Assembly: GCA_002269645.1 (NCBI GenBank)
Contig: NIVC01001751.1
Coordinates: 62,001-126,000, forward strand
Reading direction: 5' to 3'
DNA: 64,000 nucleotides
From: Macrostomum lignano
Taxonomy: Eukaryota
In this document: piece by piece, positions 11,701 through 35,400 of the stretch
How positions within the stretch are numbered: position 1 is the first letter of the stretch
Layout: every line of letters starts with the position of its first letter
Made by a program: the position numbers and the translations under genes
The notes under the pieces: generated by a model
The model's input: the letters and a program-made list of their open reading frames with translations, nothing else
Databases searched by the model: none
Told to the model about the DNA's origin: nothing

Positions 11701-11946
11701 GCAAATTTCTTTCCAAACATTTTTGCACTGCTGAAAATTGCCGCAACACTGCCAATCACGACTGCCACCGTGGAGAGATCATTCTCCAGCCTTCGCTTGC
11801 TGAAAACGTACCTGCGAGCCACAATGGACCAATCAAGGCTAGTGGGCTTGGCTCTGCTGTACATCCATTCCGACGTTGCAGTCGATCCAGATCGGGTCAT
11901 CGATCGATTTTGTATGAGTAACCGCCGCACGGATTTTGCAGTGTAA
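8740..11946 (+). CDS. hAT transposase (ZMYM1/PRKRIR-like: TTF-type Zn finger, DUF4371, hAT dimerization domain), 1068 aa
   Basis: Motifs are FCRVC, PLRGH, YFSVLVDETCDISKKEQM (D), GQGYDGAAAM (D), HCASHCLNL (CxxH), CETRW and TTATVERSFSSLRLLKTYLR (E). There are no stops or frameshifts. Confidence 0.94.
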   Translation: MKRKSSGAENRRKKRVKLLEGSAAQCDSISKFLITTAKVKETSAATAGALPATAGAHAATAGAPAATAAIAGAPVPAVDAPAASAGAPAATAGAPVPAVDAPAASAGAPAATAGAPAASAGAPAAIAGAPVPAVDAPAATAGAPAAIAGAPVPAVDAPAASAGAPAATAAIAGAPVPAVDAPAATAGAPAATAGAPAASAGAPAAIAGAPVPAVDAPAATAGAPAAIAGAPVPAVDAPAASAGAPAAIAGAPVPAVDAPAAAAGAPAATAGAPTASAGAPAATAGAPAATAGAPAAAAGAGVAISDDQKFQSHHGPVLDLGLYVAGGRLSGTLRDDLRYQLLVASWTPPLNYTMPHTVRVINGKAEKRFLRHEHLQKYQFLCYSEVRSGLFCRVCTLFGPPAESVRCQKLGCLVTEPLSRYDRLFGSNGYITSHEATDYHKTATVRAAAFKLHLTARTNVVKQLDSNRKRQAEENRERLRPIVKTILLCGRQNIPLRGHRDNGPLLAEDYSKSLTAASSGNFRALLQFRIEAGDKALQCHLENTAANATYISKTTQNDLIEAAGCVIQETLAARVNAAKYFSVLVDETCDISKKEQMAVAARYVDADNIIREDFLGFVHVTDQSGAAIAASIFEFLEKLGIDHHQLVGQGYDGAAAMRGQFNGAQAHVQQKCPSARYVHCASHCLNLVLVHACQVPNVRNALGVVTEVVNFVDASPKRLKLFEDIASQNAGTGRQRRLQALCETRWVERHDAVLVFFQHFASIVEFLAFCESSSTLDARTTAKAHILKAACSTPNFIVALSVMREVMSVTKPLSSYLQKVGIDLFMADKHIRSVRNALQKRQEEAEQSFKSVWSAACEASAAAGVELCVPRSRCVARGRGGQPHHSETPEDHFRLSTYCPFLQQILAQFDCRFNEQNSMLLRLTCLLPRFIQLYDFEDLKPVVEQFGSFLEGSDIVAGEFDCWRNLWKGQKSSPKADTAISALADCDANFFPNIFALLKIAATLPITTATVERSFSSLRLLKTYLRATMDQSRLVGLALLYIHSDVAVDPDRVIDRFCMSNRRTDFAV
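8866..9640 (+). repeat. In-frame coding minisatellite (AGAPAAT / AGAPVPAVDAP units) inside the transposase N-terminus
   Basis: Repeated GCTGGCGCCCCTGCTGCG units, all multiples of 3 nt, giving about 255 Ala/Gly/Pro-rich residues. Confidence 0.95.
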
Positions 11947-13139
11947 ATTTTGCCACCCTTGCGTGACTCTGTAACTGTAATTGACTCTGACTCTCAGTTT
12001 CTCTTCCATGTGCGCTGAATTACTTTTCCTCTCTCCCCTTTTCCTGGTTGATCCGGCCATTAAGCAACCAGAGGACCCATTTGGATGGACCATTGACTAA
12101 GTTGTCGAAGCTGTAGTTTGGAGTTGGTAGAAGCTAGCGCAAAATTGTCTCTTAGGATTTGTCTAAAGTTATGAGCGCTGTAATTCTTTGTTTGTTTCAC
12201 TTTACCTACTTTACCGTTTGAATTCCTGTCCATCTGTCATCAAAATCATGCATTGGTAAGTCCAAAGTGCGAAATATACATTACTCGTAATGTATATTGG
12301 TAATTATACGAGCGCACTAAATTCTATGCTGCAGTATACACTTGAAAAATTACTTTGTTTTATAGAAAGCTCTCGTTTGGGTCGTTTGGATTTTAACAAA
12401 ATGCCAGTCGCTTGGACTCCTTGGATTTTAGGTTAGGTTCTAGGACCTTAGGACCTTAGGTTCTAGGTTAGACGCCAGCATGCGTAACTCTAACAGGCTT
12501 AGTTGCATCTTCTGGCGGCCCTGGCGCCCCTATCTGTGATTGTCATTGGCGCCCCCCTGACAGTCCGCCCCCCCCCCCAAACAGAATTCCTAGATCCGCC
12601 ACTGTTCGATAGAATGGGATCTGTGCGGCGAGTTTTACAATAATATAGTATTTGAAAGGGCGCCAATTTTTTTTTACGAAACTTCAAAAATCTTTAACGG
12701 CAAACAAAGCAAAAAGTATTTAAGTAAGGAGTTAAAAGACAAGTATGGTGTCACTTGAATTCGTAGGTGATAAAAATAAGTTTATATGTATTAATCAGAC
12801 AAAAAAATCAGATGAAAGGATTGCTGGCAATTATTAGGCATTAAATATGAAGGGTATTTTTGAAGCAAATATGTAAGAAAGAAATAACCAAAAATAGAGT
12901 GCTTAAATAAAAATAAGGCGCGATTAGAAAAAGAAAATTTTTACATAAATAAACGCATAATACGGGATAGATTGCACCGGTATTGTTTACTCGAAGAGGG
13001 GTAGGGACTTAATAGCAAGAGATGCATAGTAGCAAGAGGGAATAGCAAGTAAAGTATCAAGGTAACCAGGGATTCAATTGGTGTAAGACGGTCAGCAACA
13101 GCGTGGTACACATGGTGTTCTCTATAATTTTCATGTCGG

Positions 13140-15190
13140 TTAAGGAGGGAGATTTGCTATGAGTTTATAGATCTTCTCGATAGCTAGCAAATCTTTTTTA
13201 TTTTTGTTTTCGTTTGTAGCATAGCCTAAACTGTAAAAGTGTCTTGTGCTCAGGTGGCTTTGGTTAAAGTATTTTTTCCTGACATCTAGTATACCGACAC
13301 ATTCAGTTGTATAGTGTAAGATATTATTGCCTGAATCTCTGCCACAAAGTTTGCATTTTCTTGGGTGTATTTGCTTGGTAAGAACTCAGTTTTAAGCTTA
13401 AGCAGAATTTCTAGGAGTTTTTTATTTCTAAAAATACTGGGAAAGTAGTTTTTTAAGTTAGGCTTGAAAATATTCTTATAGATGAAGCAATTTTTGTAAT
13501 GCATGACTTTCGCGTGGTTTTCTATTTTTTTGAAGATTTCACGCTCCCAGGAGATGAGTAGTTGTGTGGTCATTGTTGTTTTATCTTTGTTGTAGCTGTC
13601 ACCAGGGTCCGATGTTTGTAAATTAAGCAGGTGAGATAAACCAAGGTTTTGTAGTTTTTTAGTGATGTTGGTTTTCCATGGGTTGTTTGGGCAGTTGTTT
13701 GATTCGAAGATGCCTATAGTGGTACTATTCAGTTTTTTATGTTTGATTTTGAGCCAGTATGTAAGAAAAAAGTTCGAGATGGTAAGTGAGATAGGTGTTA
13801 AATTAAGTTCTGCGTATAAAACAGAGTTGCAGGTACTTTTAGGTAGGTTAAGGAGGTATTTGTAGAAATTTGTTTGGATTTTGTCGATGTTCTTGAGTTC
13901 AGTACAGGTTGCTAGAGGTCCCCAGATTTCACAACCATACGTTATAACTGGTGTGACCAAAGAATTAAATAGTCTACTGATAAGTATAATATCCAGCGTG
14001 GTGTCTTTTACTTTGTGTAGCAGTGAAAACATGGCGGAGTTACCTTGTTTCATCTGATAAGCAATGCATTTTTTAAAACTATTATTGGGTTCAAAGATGA
14101 TTCCCAGGTATTTAAATTCATTTACTTCTTCTATCTGTTGCATTTCGTAAAGAATTTCGGTGTCGTTTTGCATTTGCTTGTTTTTACCCTTGCAGGCTTG
14201 CATGTATTTTGTTTTGCTGGCATTTATTTTGAGGTAGTTCTGTCTACAGTAGGTTTCCATTGTGTGGAACATGTGTTGGAGGTCAGTTTTGTTTTTGTTT
14301 AGTATGGCTTGATCATCTGCGAAGAGTAGTATATGTGGATAAGGGGGTGCGACGAAAAAATTTCGATAAGTAGAGGTTTCAAGGTATTCAACTAAGTCAT
14401 TGATATAGATCTCAAAGAGAACGGTAGATAGTGGGTTACCTTGAAGTACACCTTTGTTGATTGGGATGGGCTCAGATAAGTCGCCGTTTTTTTGCAGGAG
14501 GAAGCATGCATTTTCATGCATGTTCTCGATTAGGTTCATCATCTTTCCTTTGATACCTTGGTTGGCTGTTTTGTACCAGAGTGTTGGTTGGTTAATACTA
14601 TCAAATGCTTTTTCATAGTCAATGAAGCCGATAAAAAGGGTCTCCTTTTCACCGCAGGTTTTATTAATAATGTTGTATAGATTAAAGCACTGGTCAATTG
14701 TGCTATGATTCTGTTTGAAGCCATACTGGTATTTAGAAATGAGGTTGTTCGAATGGGCGAGGTTTTCAAGGCGCGTTTTGATGAGCGAGCAGAGAAGCTT
14801 ACCTAGAATGGGTTGAACGCAGATGCCTCTGTAGTTGTTTGGGTCAGAGGGACAACCTTTGTTTTTTGTAAATGGGGTGCAGGATGTTAGTGATCCAGTC
14901 GGAGGGGAAGGTTCCTCTATCTAGGATCTTGTTAAATAGCTGGCATAGAGCTTCTGATAAGTCTACTCCGAAATGTAACAATGTTTCAGCGTATAATTTG
15001 TCTTTGCCAGATGCTTTGTTTGCTTTAAGTTTTTTGATGTGTTTCCTAATTTCATCAGGTATGAAGGGATAGTTGAAGTCATCAAGGTTGAGAAGCTTAG
15101 AGTTGTCAAGGTGGAAGTTGTATGTAATTTTGATTTCATTGTTTTGTTCAGTTGATAGGTTCTGCCTATGTGAATGACTCTTAACACGTT
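13140..15190 (-). pseudogene. Reverse transcriptase plus C-terminal CCHC remnant with two frameshifts and no endonuclease domain
   Basis: Reads KASGKD, FPSDWITNILHPIYK, then a frameshift in the A6 run near 14865. It continues NYRGI, QYGFKQ, FIGFIDYEKAFDS, GVLQGNPLS, LLFADD and FKYLG. After a second shift near 13370 it reads CKLCGRDSGNNILHYTTEC, with the stop at 13140-13142. Confidence 0.88.
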
Positions 15191-17093
15191 AAATAGGTGC
15201 GTATACCTGACAGCGTGTTAAACCAAATAAAACTCGTATGAAATCAAGAATACTGAAATTTATTACTTATTTAATTTCGCATTAAAAATTTAAACTTATA
15301 AGAGAAAATTTTTGTTACCGTCTATTATGGTAAAGGTTTTTGCCACATCAATATTAAAAACGTTTTGCGGAAGATTTGTTCGTTTCGACAATTAGTTTTC
15401 GGCAGTGGCATTGTATTGTAACAGTATAAGTTAGCATAACCACTGAATTTAATTTTCATCATAGTCAAGAATAAAACCATTCGGCTCTTTTAGTACATAC
15501 TTATTGCCATTTACTTAATACGAATTACATGCAAATTGTTATTGTAACATATAGCAAAGTATTCCTACAACTACTGCGATAACATACTACACTCTACATT
15601 TCCATAATATTCGCATATAGTGATAATACAGTTATCATTCATGCATGCAAGGTATAGGCCCACCTGGTAAGCCCACCAAAAGTAATGCAACCAGAAATGT
15701 TAAGGTACGTTGGATTCTGTGGAAAGGTATAAAAGACGCAAAAGTAGTGGGTGCAGAAGGGTGTCTCTGTGTTTTATCGAAAATGCGCTTGGTTCCCCCC
15801 TTTCACTTTTTCAGGTCTCCGCCGAATAGGGGGCGACCATCCCTCCCGCGCCCCTTCCCCCTGTGTGTCGCTCCCTACCACGAGTGTATAAACTTAAATT
15901 TAAATTTGGATACTTTTGCGATATAGAATCGGCGAATACATGTTGTACAAAGCGTACATATGTATATTATGTTATAGGTATTGATTTGTATATATAATGC
16001 ATCTATTCTTATTTATGTAGTATAGATTATGAAATGTTAAACATGCGTCATGTACATGTACATGCAAAAATATAAGACCACCGATTAATTACATGTACAT
16101 GTATCACGCGTCCAAATTCATATACTTGTACATATGTTGTATAGTTTTATGCTTTGTGTTAAGAGGAACCAAACCATCAAATTAGTTTTTTCGTTAGGCT
16201 CCGTAATGAGATGCTGTTTTATTCGCTTGAAGGTGACATAAAGCTGCAAATTATTCAGCCCAATAGGCTATCACGGCTATCTGCAATTATTGCTACTCTA
16301 CATGCACATTCATCCATACTTATGTACTTTATAGCTCGTACGTTATTGAATTAAGAGAGGTTTTGGCTTTCTTGAAATCTTATCTGTCAAAAATGCTTCG
16401 TTGTATGGTAGCTGGTCATTGAAGTTTGAGCATGGTGAACGATTCTTATGATTCTCTGCAATTTGAAATATGCTAAATGCACTAGCGATACTACTCTCAG
16501 AGGTTCCTACCGCCCGACCAGCAGCACATTTCTAAGAAAATCAAGTGTATAGCGTACGTCTTTCAGCTTGAGCAGTTCATGTGTGAGTAAATGAGAGAAA
16601 TTTCTATAATTTTTGTTAAAAAATTTATTCAGAAAATTTTCAACGAATTTTTTTTATTAAAGCTAGTAAATTAATTAGGTTATAATATTTAACATTACGT
16701 TAAGCATAAAAGCAGGTGTAAGCGCAGCTTGAACAGAATTTAAACATATGGTTTTTGTAAAAAATTATACTTTGTAATCCTAATTACAAATTAGTTTTAA
16801 TTACGTTTCAAGTGTTACAGACCAAACCTTAAGGAAAATCTGATGTATGTAAGCTGGTGCATGTGTGCATTACTGTTAGTAGTACATATCGTCACAGACG
16901 ATTCTGTCGTGTGGCATTATAGACAATAATTCATGCTCGTGATGTCTGTAGCCCATTCTTAGCTGCGTTAACCTTAACTCGCATAAAAATTTAACAAATT
17001 ATTATCATAGATGCTCTTCAGGGTGCATGCAGAACACAATTTACTCGTAGCTGCAATTCATCACCAATCCTCAGGCTCAAACTGACTCCGCAT

Positions 17094-29102
<12,009 letters not shown>

Positions 29103-29448
29103 TTTTACTAAAAATGTACGAGCCGGCGAAAGTAGTATCTGAAAAACTTTGAATATTTGCGGGCATTAAAAGACAAAAAAAGTTGAAAGTAAAGCAAGTC
29201 AAATTATTTTAGCGTCAGTGTATCAGTTGTCTATGCTAAGAAAAAATCATTAATTTTAGCAAAAGTACAAATAAAATACTTATAAAATTACTTTTAACTT
29301 ATTTTTAGCGTATTTTGTCAACAGGTCAACAAACTTTGTTTTACTTAGTAACTAAGCCAAGCAATTACAAAAATGATATCAGATTTTTTTGCATTTTTTT
29401 TTGTCTAATCCCAGGGCTTGGTTGCATGGTAGCACCTTCCAAGCTTCA
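29103..29448. promoter_or_regulatory. Putative bidirectional promoter between NPHP1 and Tectonic
   Basis: There are 346 bp between divergent ATGs. Tandem GTCAACA motifs (forkhead RYMAAYA match) lie at 29317 and 29325, and an imperfect X-box-like GTTGCATGGTAGC lies at 29421-29433. Motif function is unproven. Confidence 0.55.
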
Positions 29449-32400
29449 ATGATGGTTTCCTCTTGGATTGCACTTTTTATTTTGTCCTCAGTTTTATGTG
29501 GAGTCCTGTCACAATCAGAAGGTAGTAAGATTTTCTTAGTTAATTTCGTATTACGATTGCATTATCTTCTTGACAATTCTCGCATATCCCTAACCGTGTA
29601 ATGTAATCGATTATTTTTTAAATCAGGTGAATTTTAGTTTATTCCTCTGGGCTCTCGATTCATCAACTAGAATGATGGGCTATCTGGATTCTGGCATATG
29701 AAGATCCGAGGCTTTTAACATCGGGTGAAGCGTAGTGCAGTGGCTGTCAAAGTCTACAAAATTTATGTATTCTCAATATAGTCTCCAAGTACTTTTGATT
29801 GAGTACTTTGGTAACATTGCATCTGAATTTTTTATGCATTTTTTATATTCACTTAAATATTGGGCTCTATTTTTTGCTCCCTCTGTCAACAGCTTGAATA
29901 TTTCCAGTTTGTTTTAATAAAAATAGTCAATAATTTACACTTCTATATTTTGCTCTTTTTTGTTATGAATAGGCAAAATAGTTTTTATAGACATCTGAAT
30001 TAAGGCCAGTTGTGCAATTTTGTATATATATTGCTCGATGGTTGTTCAGCATCTCACTGGGTATTCAGCAGCAACCATTTTTTGCTCAATTATTTCACAG
30101 TATAACACTTCACATTTAGGCATCTACCTAAATATATATAAGCTATTTGAGAAGTATCTATTTAGGAATAGATACGAGCTATCAAGGAAATAAATAAATT
30201 GCCCCATTTCATATTTTTACTCCAATTACTATTTATGCTAACTCTCTTATACCAATAGCAATATTGATACCATGGCTCTAACAAGCATTAAAATAGCAAT
30301 TGTCACATGCAAAAAACATATATTGTAGGTTTTCTTGGATCTTGCACGTGTGACCTAACCAGCAATGCGTGCGACACAAACTGTTGCTGTGATCCAGACT
30401 GCCCGCTGGCTATAAAGGAAAGCTTTTCAACCTGCATCTCCACCTATAAGTAGTGAGTGTTACTGCTGATGTCTGATACCTAAATTGCCCACCCCAATCT
30501 ATTACAGCTGAGCTATAACCGAAATTTGAACCCGATATTTAATTTCAGCGAAAATGCACTGTCATGCGATCAGTCCGAAGTGATTTATCGCAATTTCACG
30601 TCCTACACATCGAATACGACGAGTGACAATTTTTTCTGCGTTTATTTTGACCGCTGTAAGTCCTCCTTATTTGAATTTTCTAAATGCTTGCCGGCGTAAA
30701 AAATGCTTGCTCAGCCCAGCTGTCACTGATTTTCATATCTATCTGCAGACACGTCCAGAAATTATTATGTCGACACTTCAATTGACGCAACCAGCGACTC
30801 GAGCGTCTCAACCGCCGTTAGCAACTACGGCACATCGAGTGCGTTCACCAACGTTACCTCTGGTCTCGATCCCGCGTCCTTGAGGACTAGTTACCGGGTG
30901 AGGACAGGAAACTAGGCAACACATTTTGACCCTCCGTTGCCCTCCAGTGCTGAGTCTAACCCTCCAGTACTACCCTCCAGTGCTGAGTCTAACCCTCCAG
31001 TACTACCCTCCAGTGCTGAGTCTAACCCTCCAGTATTACCCTCCAGTGCTGAGTCTGACCCTCCAGTACTACCCTCCAGTGCTGAGTCTGACCCTCCAGT
31101 ACTACCCTCCAGTGCTGAGTCTAACCCTCCAGTACTACCCTCCAGTGCTAAGTCTAACCCTCCAGTACTATACCCTCCAGTGCTGAGTCTAACCCTCCAA
31201 TACTATACCCTCCAGTGCTGAGTCTACCTTCCAGTACTGAGTCTACCCTCCAGTGCTGAGTCTACATTCCAGTGCTGAGTCTACCTTCCAGTGCTGAGTC
31301 TACCCTCCAGTGCTGAGTCTACATTCCAGTACTGAGTCTACCCTTCAGTGCTGAGTCCACTCTCCAGTGCTGAGTCTTTCCTCTAGTGCTGAGTCTACAT
31401 TCCAGTGCTGAGTCTACATTCCAGTGCTGAGTCTACATTCCAGTGCTGAGTCTACATTCCAGTACTGAGTCTAACCTCCAGTACTACCCTCCAGTGCTGA
31501 GTCTAACCCTCCAGTACTACCCTCCAGTGCTGAGTCTAACCCTCCAGTACTACCCTCCAGTGCTGAGTCTAACCCTCCAGTACTACCCTCCAGTGCTGAG
31601 TCTAACCCTCCAGTACTACCTTCCAGTGCTGATTCTACCCTCTAGTCTACCCCTTGCCCGCAGACCAATGTCCCGGTGCAGGCGCTCTACTCCATCGGCA
31701 GCGGAGTCCTCCCGGGCTTCCTGCTGCAGCCTCGATCGCTAGGCGGTCCCGCCTGCAGCTACGCCAGCCCGGCACTGTTCCTTGACTCGTCCAACAGCAG
31801 CTGCGCCAGGCAGGTGACGGGCGCCTCCTGCACCACAGACTCCGTTGTCCGTCTGGACAGCTTTGTGTCCAACTTTCGTGTGGCCAGGTAAATCTGGGGC
31901 AATTATTACTGTAATAGACTAGTGCGTTTCAACAGAACTTGCGTAACTAGCGATATCGATGACTAATTTACCATAGAATATAGACCGGAGATCTCATCAC
32001 TAGTGGCGGGAGTGAGGCCCAAATTGGAAGGGAAAAGGCCCGAATGCCCGATACCTCATGCAGGACTGCGGGCCAGAGGATGGGGAGAGAGGACAGAGAA
32101 TGGAAAAGAGAGATAGCTAAGAGAAAGGCGAGGTGAGAAAATAAGGGAGGAAAGGCGATGAGAGGAGAAGAGAGGAGAGGAAAGGAGAGAAAGGGATTAG
32201 AGAGGATATTAGAGAGCAGAGAGGTGAGATTAGACAACAAAATTTGAGCGGACCAGATTGCTTTGTGAAGTTTCAAAGGGCCCGAGGGCCCAAAGGCCGA
32301 AGTTTGCTGAACACTGCTTTAGGTGAAAGAAGATACGAGAGAAGTGAGCCTGAGACTTGTTTAGTAAATATTTATGCTAGTAGTTGTTTATTACTCATAT

Positions 32401-35400
32401 GTTTAGTTTTGAGCCTGCAAAAAAACAATTTTACAATGTGATTCCTCAATTCGCAGAATCAAAAAATTTAGGAATTTGTGTCTATAATTAAAAATTTCTA
32501 GGGCCCGAAAAAAGGCTACTCCTCACTCCCACCTGCTCATCACCCTGGAATACAAATCTGGAATCTCATCCCTATTGAAACACAGGCCGCTAGCTGGTAA
32601 ATTGCTAGCAAAGCATCTTGAATCCCACGCCTTAGCGTATAACCCTTGGAATATTTCCCAATGCAAGACTCAAACACCATTGACTCAGACACCATAGACT
32701 CAGACACCATAGACTCAGACACCATAGACTCAGACACCATAGACTCAGACACCATAGACTCAGACACCATAGACTCAGACACCATAGACTCAGACACCAT
32801 AGACTCAGACACCATAGACTCAGACACCATAGACTCAGACACCATAGACTCAGACACCATAGACTCAGACACCATAGACTCAGACACCATAGACTCAGAC
32901 ACCATAGACTCAGACACCATAGACTCAGACACCATAGACTCAGACACCATAGACTCAGACACCATAGACTCAGACACCATAGACTCAGACACCATAGACT
33001 CAGACACCATAGACTCAGACACCATAGACTCAGACACCATAGACTCAGACACCATAGACTCAGACACCATAGACTCAGACACCATAGACTCAGACACCAT
33101 AGACTCAGACACCATAGACTCAGACACCATAGACTCAGACACCATAGACTCAGACACCATAGACTCAGACACCATAGACTCAGACACCATAGACTCAGAC
33201 ACCATAGACTCAGACACCATAGACTCAGACACCATAGACTCAGACACCATAGACTCAGACACCATAGACTCAGACACCATAGACTCAGACACCATAGACT
33301 CAGACACCATAGACTCAGACACCATAGACTCAGACACCATAGACTCAGACACCATAGACTCAGACACCATAGACTCAGACACCATAGACTCAGACACCAG
33401 ACCACAATGGCCAGTCCAGCTCACCTTGAACTCATCCAGCAAAGCGAATACGCACGCAGGCAGCCAACCCTGTTAAACGCCGCCACAGCCTACGACGGAC
33501 CGGAGCTGGTCAGCGTGACGCAGGCCTCGATTCTCTGCCTTGACTCTGCCGGAGCCAACCTCAGCTGCACAGGGGTGCCAGCGCCCAGTCTGGATAAAAC
33601 CGACTGCGTCAATGTGCTGAGCGAGGTTCGAATTGATTTTTGGCTGCTGTGTGACCGCATGGTCCCGCACTCCTGTTTATCATGGCTAATTCCGCTCCTT
33701 TCAATTTCCGCCCCTACTTCTAATTTCTGCCCCTTACTTCCAATTTCCGCCCCCTACTTTCAATTTCCGCCCCTACTTTCAATTTCCGCCCCTACTTTCA
33801 ATTTCCGCCCTGCGAATTTCCCTTTCCGCCCACCCTAACTTCACTTTCCGCCCTCTACTTTCACTTTCCGCCCACCCTAACTTCACTTTCCACCCCCTAC
33901 TTTCAATTTCCGCCCCCTAATTTCACTTTCCGCCCACCCTAACTTCACTTTTTGCTGCCCCCTTCCCCTACGGAAATCGCCGAAATTGGCCGGGGGTTGC
34001 CAAGCGATTCAGAGCCATGAGGGCCAACCCCCCCCCCCAGGCACAGAGACTGTACATACCTGACGATTAGAAAGTCAGGGCTGATGTACACCCTGTGTGA
34101 GCGTGTGCATGAGTGCGTGCCTGCGTACAGCGTACAGTATTGTCAGTTTGTAAGTATAGAATGCTGCAGACATGCCCCAGGGTGCCCGCAGCCCTCCTTA
34201 CGCTGATCTTCATTCAGACTGAAGAACCAGTTCTAAATTGGCAATAAAATCCGCTACACTGCAGCTGAGGTACAACATTATCTACACCCACGGCAGCGGA
34301 ATCACGGAGGTCACCTATGACGCGGTGCTTCGAACAATTCCCGTCGACACGGCCGTTCTGCAGAAGTTTCAGTTGAGCTATAATTTTGTGAGTTGACAAT
34401 TGCAGAATCATGAGTATCCAGCATTAAAGTATATAGCATATTTTTGTCCAATATTTTGCCAGCCAATGAGTAGCAATTCACGAGCTTCTCATGACTCATG
34501 ACTTCCGCTATCTACTGTACCCTCGCCTCAGCTACCCTCTCAGCTATCCTCGCCTCAGCTACCCTCTCAGCTACCCTCGCCTCAGCTACCCTCTCAGCTA
34601 CCTTCTCCTCAGCTATCCTCGCCTCAGCTACCTTCTCCTCAGCTACCCTCGCCTCAGCTACCCTCGCCTCAGCTACTCTCTCAGCTACCTTCTCCTCAGC
34701 TACCCTCGCCTCAGCTACCCTCGCCTCAGCTACTCTCTCAGCTACCTTCTCCTCAACTACCCTCTCCTCAGCTACCCTTCCCCAGATATCACACCCCTGA
34801 GCTACAATACCCTTAAGCTACCGCACTCCTAAGCTACCGCACCCCTAATCTACCGCACCCCTAAGCTACCGCACCCCTAAGCTACCGCACCCCTAAGCTA
34901 CCGCACCCCTAAGCTACCGCACCCCTAAGCTACCGCACCCCTAAGCTACCGCACCCCTAAGCTACCGCACCCCTAAGCTACCGCACCCCTAAGCTACCGC
35001 ACCCCTAAGCTACCGCACCCCTAAGCTACCGCACCCCTAAGCTACCGCACCCCTAAGCTACCGCACCCCTAAGGTACCGCACCCCTAAGCTACCGCACCC
35101 CTAAGCTACCGCACCCCTAAGCTACCGCACCCCTAAGCTACCGCACCCCTAAGCTACCGCACCCCTAAGCTACCGCACCCCTAAGCTACCGCACCCCTAA
35201 GCTACCGCACCCCTAAGCTACCGCACCCCTAAGCTACCGCACCCCTAAGCTACCGCACCCCTAAGCTACCGCACCCCTAAGCTACCGCACCCCTAAGCTA
35301 CCGCACCCCTAAGCTACCGCACCCCTAAGCTACCGCACCCTTAAGCTACCGCACCCCTAAGCTACCGCACCCCTAAGCTACCGCACCCCTAAGCTACCGC

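Larger units (their letters stand above)
8164..12604 (+). mobile_element. hAT DNA transposon (Tip100/Zaphod-like), apparently complete
   Basis: Imperfect 14-bp TIRs CAGGGGCGGATTTA and CAGTGGCGGATCTA (12/14 match). Perfect 8-bp TSD TTCGATAG at 8156-8163 and 12605-12612. Contains an intact transposase ORF. Confidence 0.96.
8078..15190 (-). mobile_element. 5'-truncated non-LTR retrotransposon (RTE/RTEX-like), interrupted in its 3' UTR by a hAT element
   Basis: RT coding remnant at 15190-13140, with 3' UTR running 13139-12605 and continuing 8163-8093. The tail is GGCCAAACAGGCTTCTTGCCTGAGCCAAAT(TAC)n at 8078-8121. The clade assignment is from motif recall only. Confidence 0.72.

Noticed and set aside
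15181-15220. TTAACACG..CGTGTTAA inverted repeat at the LINE 5' junction
   Set aside because: It is only 8 bp and no TSD was found, so it cannot be distinguished from chance.
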